A stretch of 64,000 bases of DNA from an uncultured Clostridia bacterium (GCA_964481555.1 CAYZTP010000001.1:38576-102575), one strand, 5' to 3'. Positions 9,436 through 18,860 are shown, numbered from the stretch's first letter. The notes: generated from the letters alone by a model not told the origin. Program-made: numbers and translations.

Positions 9436-9882
9436 ATGAAAATCATTCTCAAAGCAGACGTAAAAGGCACGGGCAAAAAAGGCGATATTTTGGAAGTTTC
9501 CGACGGATACGCCAAAAATTTTCTATTGAAAAAAGGTCTTGCGGAAATTGCAACCACGAGCGGAATCAACGAAATCAAACAAAAACGCAGGGCGGAAGAG
9601 TTCCACAAGGCGGAATCGTTAAAAACGATGAAAGAACTTGCGCAAAAACTGAACGGGCTGGAAATTCCCGTAGCCATTAAAGTGGGCGAAAACGGCAGAG
9701 CTTTCGGGTCGGTGACAACGGCAAACATCGCAGCCGCTCTCGAAGAACGCGGTTACGAGGTGGATAAAAAGAAAATCACGACGAAAGAGACGATGAAAAG
9801 CGTAGGAACGTATGACGCGGAAATTTGGCTGATGGAAGGCGTCTCCGCCAAGATCAAGGTCAGCGTTATTCCCGCCCAATGA
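9436..9882 (+). CDS. rplI: 50S ribosomal protein L9
   Basis: 148 aa. MKIILKADVKGTGKKGDILEVSDGYAKNFLL is the canonical L9 N-domain. Start moved to ATG 9436, behind the RBS. Confidence 0.93.
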   Translation: MKIILKADVKGTGKKGDILEVSDGYAKNFLLKKGLAEIATTSGINEIKQKRRAEEFHKAESLKTMKELAQKLNGLEIPVAIKVGENGRAFGSVTTANIAAALEERGYEVDKKKITTKETMKSVGTYDAEIWLMEGVSAKIKVSVIPAQ

Positions 9883-9907
9883 CGGGTTATCGGTATATTG
9901 TAGTCAA

Positions 9908-9946
9908 ACAGCCCGCTGTCGAACGCAAAGGCAGCGGGTTGTTTCT
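9908..9946 (+). terminator. intrinsic terminator after rplI
   Basis: 11-bp stem ACAGCCCGCTG/CAGCGGGTTGT (one G-U pair) followed by TTTCT. Confidence 0.7.
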
Positions 9947-9958
9947 GAAAATTTATGG

Positions 9959-9985
9959 TTTATGCGTGACATAATACTATGCAAA
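9959..9985 (-). promoter_or_regulatory. recurrent 27-nt motif, copy A (orphan)
   Basis: Minus strand reads TTTGCATAGTATTATGTCACGCATAAA. It aligns in register with copies at 21408, 27353, 36025 and 39332. Confidence 0.4.
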
Positions 9986-10072
9986 CAAGCCATTATCAAC
10001 AGGGCTGTTTTCTACTTAACGCAAGTTTTTCTTGTTTACCGAAAGAACTACGGGAATCGCCGTCTCTTTTTG

Positions 10073-11575
10073 TTAAGGAAACTGAATTTTATATAAGTTT
10101 TTGTCCGGTAATTTTTTCGTAGAATCTTGAACGAATTTTTTGACTTCCGCCGTCCCTTTTTCTACCGCGAGATTTACTCCCGCCCCGCCGACGCATCCTC
10201 TGGGGCAAGCCATTCCTTCGATCAGACAGCCGTTTTTCTTTCCCGCTTTTGCAAGCAGAAGCATTTTTCTACACTCCGTAAGCGTTTCTGCGTGTTCGAT
10301 TTTCACCTCTACGTCGGGATAATATTCGCGAACGCAATTTTCGATTGCGGAAGCAACGCCCCCGGCAACGGCGTATCCTCTTCCCGCGCCCGTCGCATCG
10401 TCAATGGGTTCTTCTTTGTCAAAATTTTCAAAATCGATTCCGCGGGCAATAAACATTGCGGCAAGCTCTTCGAACGTGATAACGAAGTCCACGTCGCTTC
10501 GTACGGTTTTGCGCATCGCCTCCGATTTCTTAGCCGCACACGGTCCGATAAACACGACGCGCGCTTTCGGCGTCTTTTGTTTTATGGAACGCGCGGTTGC
10601 AACCATCGGCGTAAGCGAGCTGGACACCTTGTCGATCATTTCCGGAAACTGCGTTTTGGCGAGCATACTCCAAGAAGGACAGCAGGAAGTAAGCAGAAAA
10701 GGAATTTTTCCCGTCACAACTTCGGTCGCATAATGGTGCGCTTCCGTTGCCGCGCCTACGTCTGCGCCCTGCGCGACTTCGTGAACTTCTTTAAAACCCA
10801 ATTCTTTCAACGCGGCTTTGATTTTCCAAAGCGTTACGCCCGCGCCGAATTGTCCGATAATGGCGGGAGCGACCTCCGCAACCACTTCGTCTCCTTTCTT
10901 AATCGCTTGAATGAGTTGGAATATCTGCGATTTATCGGCGATAGCGCCGAAAGGACAGCTCACCATACATTGTCCGCACGCAACGCAAGTTTTCGTATCG
11001 ATATAAGCGCGCCCCAATCCGTCGCTCTTTATGGCGTTCACTCCGCAAGCTTGTGCGCACGGACGAATTTTATGAACAATCGATTCGTACGGACAAGACG
11101 CTTTGCATTTTCCGCATTTTACGCATTTCGCACGATCGATTACCGCCTTTCCGTCTTTTCCGACGGTTACAGCGCCCGTCGGACATACGTTCACGCAATA
11201 ACGCGCCACGCAACGGCGGCATCCGGTAACTTCGTAGGCGTTTACTTCGCAATGTTCGCAAGCCGATGGAATCACCTGCATGAGCGGCGGTTCGTAATAT
11301 TTATCCGAGATGTTGCTTGCGCTCAGTCCGTTGGTAATATGGGCGGGTCGGTCTTGCGGATTGAGCGGCATCCCCATTGCAAGACGCACCCGTTCGGAAG
11401 CGATTGCGCGTTCCCTATAAATACTTTCCCGATATTGCGGAACTCCCGTAGACGTGATATCATAAGGAATACGTTCGATATCGTTGGCGATATCTTCCGA
11501 TTCATAAGCAATACGCGCGATCTCTACAAATACCCTGCGTCTAAGTTTTATAACGTTGGTTTCGAATCCTCTCAC
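10073..11575 (-). CDS. [FeFe]-hydrogenase, group B type, with N-terminal ferredoxin-like clusters
   Basis: H-cluster motifs TSCCPSW, GPCAAKKSE and EGMACPRGCVGGAG, plus two CxxCxxCxxxCP motifs. Preferred start is GTG 11575, 5 nt after GAGG. The ORF-track alternative is TTG 11590. Confidence 0.85.
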   Translation of the reverse strand: MRGFETNVIKLRRRVFVEIARIAYESEDIANDIERIPYDITSTGVPQYRESIYRERAIASERVRLAMGMPLNPQDRPAHITNGLSASNISDKYYEPPLMQVIPSACEHCEVNAYEVTGCRRCVARYCVNVCPTGAVTVGKDGKAVIDRAKCVKCGKCKASCPYESIVHKIRPCAQACGVNAIKSDGLGRAYIDTKTCVACGQCMVSCPFGAIADKSQIFQLIQAIKKGDEVVAEVAPAIIGQFGAGVTLWKIKAALKELGFKEVHEVAQGADVGAATEAHHYATEVVTGKIPFLLTSCCPSWSMLAKTQFPEMIDKVSSSLTPMVATARSIKQKTPKARVVFIGPCAAKKSEAMRKTVRSDVDFVITFEELAAMFIARGIDFENFDKEEPIDDATGAGRGYAVAGGVASAIENCVREYYPDVEVKIEHAETLTECRKMLLLAKAGKKNGCLIEGMACPRGCVGGAGVNLAVEKGTAEVKKFVQDSTKKLPDKNLYKIQFP

Positions 11576-11593
11576 GATTACCTCATACAAACC

Positions 11594-11616
11594 GCTTCCC
11601 CCTTTTAGGGGGAAGC
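11594..11616 (-). terminator. GC-rich stem-loop between adhE and hydrogenase (weak terminator / processing element)
   Basis: Perfect 9-bp stem GCTTCCCCC-TAAAA-GGGGGAAGC, 10 nt after the adhE stop. The tail is only GGTTTGT. Confidence 0.5.
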
Positions 11617-11625
11617 AAATTTCTT

Positions 11626-14244
11626 TTATTCACTCTTTCTGCCGTAATAGGCGTTGAGATACATTTGCTTAATTTCGCTCATCAGCGGATATCTCGGGTT
11701 AGCTCCCGTACACTGATCGTCGAAAGCGTCTTCCGTCATGGCGTCGAGACGTTCAAGGAACTGTTCTTCCGTGCATCTGTCGCCGAGCGCTTCTTTAATC
11801 GTCTTAGGCTGACCGATCGCCGACTGCAACTCTTTCAGCTTCTTGATTAAAGCTTCCACCAACTCGTCGTCGTTTTTGCCTTTTAAACCGATATAGCGGG
11901 CAACATCCGCATATCTCGCTTTACACTGCGGGTAAGCGTACTGCGGGAAAGTCCCCATCTTTGTCGGCTGTTCGGAGCTATTAAAACGAATTACTTCTTC
12001 CAACATCAGCGAGTTAGCCATGCCGTGCGGAATATGCCAGTACGATCCGAGCTTATGCGCCATAGAGTGGCATACGCCGAGGAAAGCATTTGCGAACGCC
12101 ATACCCGCCATACAGGAAGCGTTTGCCATCTTTTCACGCGCTTCGGCGTCGTGAGCGCCTTTTTCGTAAGCGCGGGGCAGATACTCAAAGATGAGTTTCA
12201 CGGCTTCCTTTGCAATGCCGTTGGTAAAATCCGTCGCCATAACAGACGCAATCGATTCCAACGAATGGCTCATCGCGTCGATTCCCGAATTGGAAGTCAA
12301 TCCCTTGGGAATATTCATCATCAAATCGGCGTCTACGATCGCCATGTCCGGCATTAATTCATAATCCGCAAGCGGATATTTCGTTCCAGTCTTTTCGTCT
12401 GTAATTACGGCAAAAGGCGTTACTTCGGAACCGGTACCCGCCGTAGTGGGAATCGCGACAAAGAGCGCCTTGTCTCCCATGTGCGGGAAAGTATATATAC
12501 GCTTACGGATATCCATAAAGCGCATTGCCATATCCTCGAAGTCTACTTCGGGATGTTCGTACATAACCCACATGATTTTCGCGGCGTCCATAGGAGAACC
12601 GCCTCCGACAGCGATAATTACGTCGGGCGCAAAATCGCGCATCAATTTCACGCCTTCGTTCGCGCAGGCAAGCGTAGGATCGGGCGTAACGTTAAAGAAC
12701 GTCGTATGAATAATCCCTTCCGCATCAAGAATATCGGTAATCTTTTTGGAAAGTCCGCTATCGTACAAATATTTGTCGGTTACAACGAACGCTTTCTTCT
12801 TGTTATAAACCCGTTTGCCAAGCTCGTTGAGCGCAACGCCCAAACAGCCGCGTTTAAAATAAACCTTTTCGGGTGCTCTGAACCACAACATATTTTCTTT
12901 CCTTTCCGCTACGGTTTTAATATTGATAAGGTGTTTGATTCCGACGTTTTCGGAAACGGAGTTTCCGCCCCACGAGCCGCAGCCGAGCGTAAGCGACGGG
13001 GGAAATTTAAAGTTATAAATATCTCCGATGCCGCCGTGGGAAGAAGGGGTATTGATGACGATTCGGCACGTTCTCATGACAGAACGGAAATATGCGATTT
13101 TGTCCGCGCCCGTTTCTACGTTGATATACAAAGAGGAAGTGTGTCCCAAACCGCCGTCTTTTACAAGCTTGTCCGCCTTGTTTACGGCGTCCTCAAAGCT
13201 CTTTGCTTTATACATGGCGAGAACGGGGGAAAGTTTTTCGTGTGCGAATTCTTCGGTGGTCTCGACCGAATCCACTTCGCCGACAAGCACCTTACTTCCT
13301 TCCGGAGCCTGAAATCCGGAGAGTTCCGCAATTTTACAAGCGCTTTGCCCGACGATTTTAGCATTCAGCGCGCCGTTAATGATAATCGTTTTGCGAACCA
13401 GATTCGTCTCCTCGGGCGAAAGAAAATATGCGCCCCGTAATTTCATTTCCTTTTTGAATTCTTCGTATACGTCTTTGAGCACGATTACCGATTGTTCGGA
13501 AGCGCAGATCATACCGTTGTCGAACGTTTTGGAGTGCAGAATCGAAGAAGCCGCAAGTTTAATGTCGGCAGAAGAATCGATGACCGCGGGCGTATTGCCG
13601 GCTCCCACGCCAAGCGCGGGTTTTCCCGACGAATAAGCGGCGTGTACCATACCGGGACCGCCCGTCGCCAAAATCATATCCGCTTCCCGCATAATCATGC
13701 CCGAAAGAGGCACGGTAGGCTGATCGATCCAGCCGATGATGTCTTCGGGAGCGCCCGCTTCCACCGCGGCGCGCAAAACGATCTTCGCCGCTTCGATCGT
13801 ACTGCGTTTCGCTCTGGGATGAGGAGAGATAATCAAGCCGTTTCTCGTTTTCAGGCAAATCAAACACTTGAATATGGCGGTAGACGTGGGATTAGTAGTA
13901 GGAATGACTGCCGCCAATACGCCGACAGGTTCTGCAATACGCGTCAGTCCGAATCCTTCGTCGCGTTCGATGACTCCGCACGTCTTTTCGTCTTTATATG
14001 CGTTATAAATGTATTCGGCCGCATAATTGTTCTTGATCACCTTGTCTTCGACAACGCCCATGCCCGTCTCTTCAACCGCCAGCTTTGCAAGAGGCAACCT
14101 TTGTTTGTTTGCCGCCATAGCCGCTTTAAAGAAGATGTGATCCACCTGTTCTTGCGTAAAAGTCGCAAATTTCTCCTGCGCCGCTCTTACGCGTGCGAGC
14201 AATTTCGCAAGCGATTCTTCATCGTTTACGAGATAATCCCTCAT
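11626..14244 (-). CDS. adhE: bifunctional acetaldehyde-CoA / alcohol dehydrogenase
   Basis: 872 aa. N-terminal ALDH domain and C-terminal iron-ADH domain (GGGSPMDAAK). GGAGG RBS 6 nt upstream of the ATG. Confidence 0.95.
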   Translation of the reverse strand: MRDYLVNDEESLAKLLARVRAAQEKFATFTQEQVDHIFFKAAMAANKQRLPLAKLAVEETGMGVVEDKVIKNNYAAEYIYNAYKDEKTCGVIERDEGFGLTRIAEPVGVLAAVIPTTNPTSTAIFKCLICLKTRNGLIISPHPRAKRSTIEAAKIVLRAAVEAGAPEDIIGWIDQPTVPLSGMIMREADMILATGGPGMVHAAYSSGKPALGVGAGNTPAVIDSSADIKLAASSILHSKTFDNGMICASEQSVIVLKDVYEEFKKEMKLRGAYFLSPEETNLVRKTIIINGALNAKIVGQSACKIAELSGFQAPEGSKVLVGEVDSVETTEEFAHEKLSPVLAMYKAKSFEDAVNKADKLVKDGGLGHTSSLYINVETGADKIAYFRSVMRTCRIVINTPSSHGGIGDIYNFKFPPSLTLGCGSWGGNSVSENVGIKHLINIKTVAERKENMLWFRAPEKVYFKRGCLGVALNELGKRVYNKKKAFVVTDKYLYDSGLSKKITDILDAEGIIHTTFFNVTPDPTLACANEGVKLMRDFAPDVIIAVGGGSPMDAAKIMWVMYEHPEVDFEDMAMRFMDIRKRIYTFPHMGDKALFVAIPTTAGTGSEVTPFAVITDEKTGTKYPLADYELMPDMAIVDADLMMNIPKGLTSNSGIDAMSHSLESIASVMATDFTNGIAKEAVKLIFEYLPRAYEKGAHDAEAREKMANASCMAGMAFANAFLGVCHSMAHKLGSYWHIPHGMANSLMLEEVIRFNSSEQPTKMGTFPQYAYPQCKARYADVARYIGLKGKNDDELVEALIKKLKELQSAIGQPKTIKEALGDRCTEEQFLERLDAMTEDAFDDQCTGANPRYPLMSEIKQMYLNAYYGRKSE

Positions 14245-14271
14245 ATGATACCTCCATAATATTTTTTAAAT

Positions 14272-14904
14272 TTATTCCGAAGCGGTGAGTTCGTTGCAAA
14301 GAGCCGCAAGCGAAGTCGCCAAATCTTCGTATTTGATATGCACCCCTTCCGGTACGTCCAAATGAACGGGCGCAAGATTGTAAACCGCCCGAATGCCGGC
14401 TTCGATCATCCTGTCGCAAGCCTCCTGCGCGGCCGATTGCGGAACGGAAAGAATACCGATTTTTACATTTTCCCGTCGGACGATCTCGTCGAATCGGTTG
14501 ACCGGATAGATGGGTTTTCCCCATACGGAACCGATTTTTTCGGCGGAAACGTCAAATGCGGCGATCACGCTTAATCCGTATTGTTCGAAACCCTCATAGC
14601 GGAGAATGGCTCTTCCCAAGTTGCCCGCGCCCATAATCACGACGTTTGTACGCTTACGGTATCCGAGAAAACTTTCGATATCGGAAATCAACGTTTCCAA
14701 AGAAAAACCGATACGGGGTTTTCCGGGACGCGAAGAGACGAGAGAAAGATCCTTGCGAACGGCGACGGCGGACAACTGCATCGCCTCCGCAATAACAGAG
14801 GAGGAAATATCCTTAACGCCTTTCCCCCTTTCCGCCTGCAAATAGCGAAGATATGCAGGCAAACGATCTAACGTTGCTTGTGAAACTCCCGTTGCGCTTT
14901 GCAT
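14272..14904 (-). CDS. rex: redox-sensing transcriptional repressor Rex
   Basis: N-terminal wHTH TLDRLPAYLRYL and Rossmann motif VVIMGAGNLGRAI. Start set to ATG 14904, downstream of the promoter at 14942-14970. Confidence 0.88.
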   Translation of the reverse strand: MQSATGVSQATLDRLPAYLRYLQAERGKGVKDISSSVIAEAMQLSAVAVRKDLSLVSSRPGKPRIGFSLETLISDIESFLGYRKRTNVVIMGAGNLGRAILRYEGFEQYGLSVIAAFDVSAEKIGSVWGKPIYPVNRFDEIVRRENVKIGILSVPQSAAQEACDRMIEAGIRAVYNLAPVHLDVPEGVHIKYEDLATSLAALCNELTASE

Positions 14905-14917
14905 TTTTCTCCGATTG

Positions 14918-14939
14918 AATCGATATTTTTTTATCGATT
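14918..14939. promoter_or_regulatory. perfect 8-6-8 inverted repeat in rex leader (candidate operator)
   Basis: AATCGATA-N6-TATCGATT sits between the -10 box and the rex ATG. Confidence 0.4.
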
Positions 14940-14941
14940 GC

Positions 14942-14970
14942 ATTGTATCAAATTTTCCAAACAATGTCAA
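14942..14970 (-). promoter_or_regulatory. sigmaA promoter of the rex-adhE(-hydrogenase) unit
   Basis: Minus strand reads TTGACA (14965-14970), 17-nt spacer, TACAAT (14942-14947), with TG at -15/-14. Confidence 0.8.
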
Positions 14971-15045
14971 TCTTTTCCGTTAAGTTTTTCGGTATGATCT
15001 TTATTAACATGAATTGTACGTTATTTGCACGGTTTTTTCACTGCC

Positions 15046-15080
15046 AAAAAAAGACGCAACCGAAGGGTTACGTCTTTTTT
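15046..15080 (-). terminator. intrinsic terminator after valS
   Basis: GACGTAACC-CTTC-GGTTGCGTC followed by T7 on the minus strand, 19 nt after the valS stop. It also has an A-run/T-run geometry for the other strand. Confidence 0.8.
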
Positions 15081-15098
15081 AACCATTTTTCTCCGTTT

Positions 15099-17735
15099 TT
15101 ATAAGTCGGAAGAAAGTTCGCCGATTTGTCGTTCGATTTTTTTCTTCATATCGAGGAATTTATCTAACTTTGCCCTTTCGTCATCTACTAGCTTTTTGGG
15201 CGCTTTGGCGACGAAATTACTGTTCGCAAGCTTGCCGCCCGCGCGCGCGATCTCCGCTTCTACCCGTTCGAGTTCTTTGTCCAGCCGTTTTTTCTCTTCC
15301 GCGATATCGACAAGCTCGCCGAACGGAATATACAGCGTACCGATCGTACAAATGTGAGAAATCGTTTTTTCTCCCGTCTGCGCGCCTTGTTCGATTACGT
15401 TAATTTCGCTCGCTCCCGCAAGTCTGAGCACTGCGTTTTTGTTAAGCGAAACAAGCCGTTTTGCATCGGTAACGAGGAATAAACGTACTTTCCTCGAAGG
15501 CGGGCAGTTCACCGAAACCTTGATGGCGCGAACGGTTTTGATCAGCTCGATAATCTCTTCAAACGCTTTTGCTTCTTTTTTATAAGAGAGCTTCGTATTA
15601 TAGCGCGGAAATTCCGCCGTAATAATTTTCCCTTTTGCCTTCGGGAGATAAGAATATATTTCCTCCGTAACGAACGGAATGAAAGGATGAAGCAATCGCA
15701 AAATGTTGTCAAGCACATACATCAGCACGCCGAGCGCGCCTTTCTTCCGTTCGGCGTCCTCTCCGTAGAGCGCGGCTTTCGTCAGCTCGATATACCAATC
15801 GCAAAAATCATTCCATACGAAATCGGTCAACGTATCCGCCGCCACGCCCAAATCGTACTTTTGCATAGACAGCGTAACTTCGCGTATCGTCTCCATCAAA
15901 CGGGAAATAATCCAACGGTCGGCGGGTTGTAATTTGATTTCGGAAAGCTCGGGAATTGTATTGTCTTTTGCATTCATCAACACGAAACGCGCCGCGTTCC
16001 AAACTTTGTTGATGAAATTGCGCGCCGCTTCCACCTTGGCGTCGGTATAACGGGTATCGTTCCCGGGAGCGACGCCCGTTAACAGGGAAAGGCGAAGCGA
16101 ATCCGCACCGTATTTGTTAATCACGTCCAAAGGATCGATTCCGTTGCCCAAGGATTTACTCATTTTAACGCCGTTTTCGTCCCGAACGAGACCGTGGATC
16201 AAGACGTCGCGGAACGGCACTTTTTTCGTTTGCTCGATTCCGGAAAACATCATACGCATAACCCAAAAAGGAATAATATCGTATCCCGTAACCAGAACGT
16301 CGGTCGGATAGAAATAATTAAAGTCTTCCGTCTTTTCGGGCCAGCCGAGCGTCGAAAAAGGCCACAGCGCGGAAGAAAACCAGGTGTCGAGTACGTCTTC
16401 GTCCTGCGTTAAACGGGTGCTTCCGCACTTTGTACACACGGTAGGAGTTTCGCGCGCGCAAATCGTTTCGCCGCAATCCTCGCAATACCAAACGGGAATT
16501 CGGTGCCCCCACCATAGCTGACGAGAAATACACCAATCCTTAATATTTTCCAGCCAATTATAATATATTTTCGCGAAACGATCCGGAATGAACTTCGTTT
16601 TATTTTTCGCAACCGCGTCGATCGCGGGTTTTGCAAGCGGCGCCATTTTCACGAACCATTGCTTGGATACGATCGGCTCTACCGTAGAATGACAACGGTA
16701 ACAGTGTCCGACGTTATGACTGTGCGGTTCTATTTTTACAAGCAATCCGAGCCGTTCCATTTCCGCTACGATGCGCCGTCTCGCTTCGTAACGGTCAAGA
16801 CCGGCATACGCGCCGGCAAGATCGTTCATGGAGCCGTCGTCGTTCATCACGCGTATCACGGGCAGATTATGGCGCAGCCCCACTTCGAAATCGTTTGGAT
16901 CGTGCGCGGGCGTAATCTTCACCGCGCCCGTTCCGAATTCCGGATCCACGTATTCGTCCGCAACGACGGGAATTTTTCGGTCGGTTAAAGGCAGAAGCAG
17001 CGTTTTTCCCACGAGAGACTCAAACCGCTTGTCCGCAGGATTTACAGCGACTGCGGTATCTCCCAGCATGGTTTCGGGACGGGTCGTCGCAATCGTAATC
17101 GTCTCTTCGGAGCCTTCCACGGGATAACGGAAATACCAAAAGTATCCCGCGTCTTCGGAATAAACCACTTCCGCGTCCGAAAGCGCCGTCTTGCACCCGG
17201 GGCACCAATTTATAATACGGCTTCCGCGGTAAATCAGTCCTTTTTGATAGAGATTAAAAAACGTTTCGCGTACGGCGCGGGAGCATTTTTCATCCATTGT
17301 AAAGGCTAAGCGCGACCAATCGCAAGAGCAACCGAGTTTTTTCAGCTGTTCCACAATGCGCGAGCCGTATTTATCTTTCCACGCCCATGCGCGGCGGAGG
17401 AATTCTTCCCGCCCTACTTGTTCCTTGGTAAGTCCCTCCTCCTTCATCTTATCTACGATTTTCACTTCGGTTGCAATGGAAGCGTGATCCGTTCCCGGCA
17501 TCCAAAGCACGGAATAACCCTGCATACGTTTAAAACGGACAATCGTATCCTGCATGGTTTCGTCCATGGCGTGCCCCATATGCAACTGTCCCGTAATATT
17601 GGGAGGCGGCATCATCACGGTGAAAGGCACTTTTGCGGGATCCGCTTCCGCGCGAAAACTGCCCGATTCCATCCATTCCGAATAAATTTTATCCTCGAAT
17701 TCTTTCGGATTATACGTCGTCTGCATTTCTTTCAT
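15099..17735 (-). CDS. valS: valine--tRNA ligase
   Basis: HIGH region PPNITGQLHMGHA, KMSKS (VKMSKSLGN), and a C-terminal coiled coil. Start set to ATG 17735 (MKEMQTTYNPKEFE); ORF-track 17798 is a GTG inside the promoter. Confidence 0.95.
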   Translation of the reverse strand: MKEMQTTYNPKEFEDKIYSEWMESGSFRAEADPAKVPFTVMMPPPNITGQLHMGHAMDETMQDTIVRFKRMQGYSVLWMPGTDHASIATEVKIVDKMKEEGLTKEQVGREEFLRRAWAWKDKYGSRIVEQLKKLGCSCDWSRLAFTMDEKCSRAVRETFFNLYQKGLIYRGSRIINWCPGCKTALSDAEVVYSEDAGYFWYFRYPVEGSEETITIATTRPETMLGDTAVAVNPADKRFESLVGKTLLLPLTDRKIPVVADEYVDPEFGTGAVKITPAHDPNDFEVGLRHNLPVIRVMNDDGSMNDLAGAYAGLDRYEARRRIVAEMERLGLLVKIEPHSHNVGHCYRCHSTVEPIVSKQWFVKMAPLAKPAIDAVAKNKTKFIPDRFAKIYYNWLENIKDWCISRQLWWGHRIPVWYCEDCGETICARETPTVCTKCGSTRLTQDEDVLDTWFSSALWPFSTLGWPEKTEDFNYFYPTDVLVTGYDIIPFWVMRMMFSGIEQTKKVPFRDVLIHGLVRDENGVKMSKSLGNGIDPLDVINKYGADSLRLSLLTGVAPGNDTRYTDAKVEAARNFINKVWNAARFVLMNAKDNTIPELSEIKLQPADRWIISRLMETIREVTLSMQKYDLGVAADTLTDFVWNDFCDWYIELTKAALYGEDAERKKGALGVLMYVLDNILRLLHPFIPFVTEEIYSYLPKAKGKIITAEFPRYNTKLSYKKEAKAFEEIIELIKTVRAIKVSVNCPPSRKVRLFLVTDAKRLVSLNKNAVLRLAGASEINVIEQGAQTGEKTISHICTIGTLYIPFGELVDIAEEKKRLDKELERVEAEIARAGGKLANSNFVAKAPKKLVDDERAKLDKFLDMKKKIERQIGELSSDL

Positions 17736-17780
17736 ATCTTTTCCATCCGTTTTTTGCTTTTCATTTCTGATACAGCGTTT

Positions 17781-17809
17781 ATTATATCTCTTTTTCACGG
17801 CGTTGTCAA
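17781..17809 (-). promoter_or_regulatory. sigmaA promoter for valS
   Basis: Minus strand reads TTGACA (17804-17809), 17-nt spacer, TATAAT (17781-17786). The leader is only about 40 nt. Confidence 0.8.
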
Positions 17810-17864
17810 TTAATCCTAACTTGTCATAGAATATAATATTCTTAAATTTTTCGGAGAAATCTTT

Positions 17865-18860
17865 ATGAAAAAAATTTTATCAATCCTGGGAGCCGCTCTC
17901 TTCGCGCTGCTCCCGCTCTCCGCCTGCGGAGAAACCGACGATACCGTTATGTTACGAATCAACGAAGTGACGCATTCGGTTTTCTACGCTCCGATGTATC
18001 TTGCCGATTCGCTCGGTTATTTCAAGGAGGAAGGAATCGAAATCGAGCTGACCAACGGAGGCGGCGCGGACGCCGTGATGGCCGCCGTGCTTTCGGGTGA
18101 CGCGGATATCGGATTTTGCGGACCGGAAGCCGCTCTCTATGTTCTTCTCGGCGGAACGAACGACATTCCTACCGTGTTCGGGCAACTCACCAAACGGGAC
18201 GGCTCCTTTCTCGTTTCGCGCGTGGAAGAGCCGAATTTCGATTGGACTTCTTTAAAGTATAAAGATATTCTCGCCGGCAGACGGGGCGGCGTACCCGCCA
18301 TGACCTTTGAATATATTCTTAAAGAAAAGGGGCTGTCCGAAGAAGAGATCGCTTTGAATTACGATGTGGCGTTCAACTTAATGACAAGCGCGTTTGAAAG
18401 CGGAGTGGGCGACTATTGCACTATGTTCGAGCCGACCGCTTCCGAATATCAAGCGGCGGGGAAAGGTTATGTCGTCGCTGCCGTCGGAGAAGCGTCGGGC
18501 GACGTCCCCTATACGGCATATATCGCCAAACGCTCTTGGCTGGATAAAAACGAGGAGACGGCGAAAGCCTTTTTGCGCGCGCTCTTGCGGGCGGTGGAAT
18601 ACGCGCAAAACAACGACGCCGCGGAGATTGCAACCCATCTGTACGCGCAATTCCCCTCCACTTCGCTCGATTCGATAACGACGAGCATTAGAAGTTATCA
18701 AAACATCGACGCTTGGTTAACGGATATGAAGACAACGGAAGAGAGTTTTAACCGCTTGCAGGATATTATTGAAAGCGCAGGCGAATTGCCCTCCCGCGCA
18801 AGCTTTTCCGCGTTGTTCGATACAAATTTGGTAACGCAGGCATACCAATCGCTAAAATAA
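17865..18860 (+). CDS. ABC transporter substrate-binding lipoprotein (NMT1/THI5 / SsuA-like)
   Basis: Signal peptide with lipobox LPLSAC. It is followed by cognate ATPase and permease genes. Confidence 0.75.
   Translation: MKKILSILGAALFALLPLSACGETDDTVMLRINEVTHSVFYAPMYLADSLGYFKEEGIEIELTNGGGADAVMAAVLSGDADIGFCGPEAALYVLLGGTNDIPTVFGQLTKRDGSFLVSRVEEPNFDWTSLKYKDILAGRRGGVPAMTFEYILKEKGLSEEEIALNYDVAFNLMTSAFESGVGDYCTMFEPTASEYQAAGKGYVVAAVGEASGDVPYTAYIAKRSWLDKNEETAKAFLRALLRAVEYAQNNDAAEIATHLYAQFPSTSLDSITTSIRSYQNIDAWLTDMKTTEESFNRLQDIIESAGELPSRASFSALFDTNLVTQAYQSLK

Noticed and set aside
10127-11608. A 493-aa plus-strand ORF spanning the whole hydrogenase gene. Similar long antisense ORFs occur at 12481-13440, 13492-14259, 57687-58580, 26246-26869 and 1983-2690.
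   Set aside because: They lie exactly antisense to genes with unmistakable conserved motifs. Their translations are Arg/Ser/Phe-rich low-information sequence and they lack RBS or promoter signals. They are shadow ORFs caused by codon bias.
14905-15045. A canonical Rex operator near the rex-adhE promoter.
   Set aside because: Only isolated half-site-like TGTTAA and TTGT...ACAA fragments with the wrong spacing are present. Nothing matches an 18-20 bp Rex palindrome, so I did not annotate one.
17736-17864. A T-box riboswitch upstream of valS, and a TPP or other riboswitch upstream of the divergent NMT1-type ABC operon.
   Set aside because: The valS promoter (17781-17809) leaves only about a 40-nt leader. 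The whole spacer is 129 nt, with no specifier or T-box sequence and no terminator/antiterminator pair. There is not enough room for either element.
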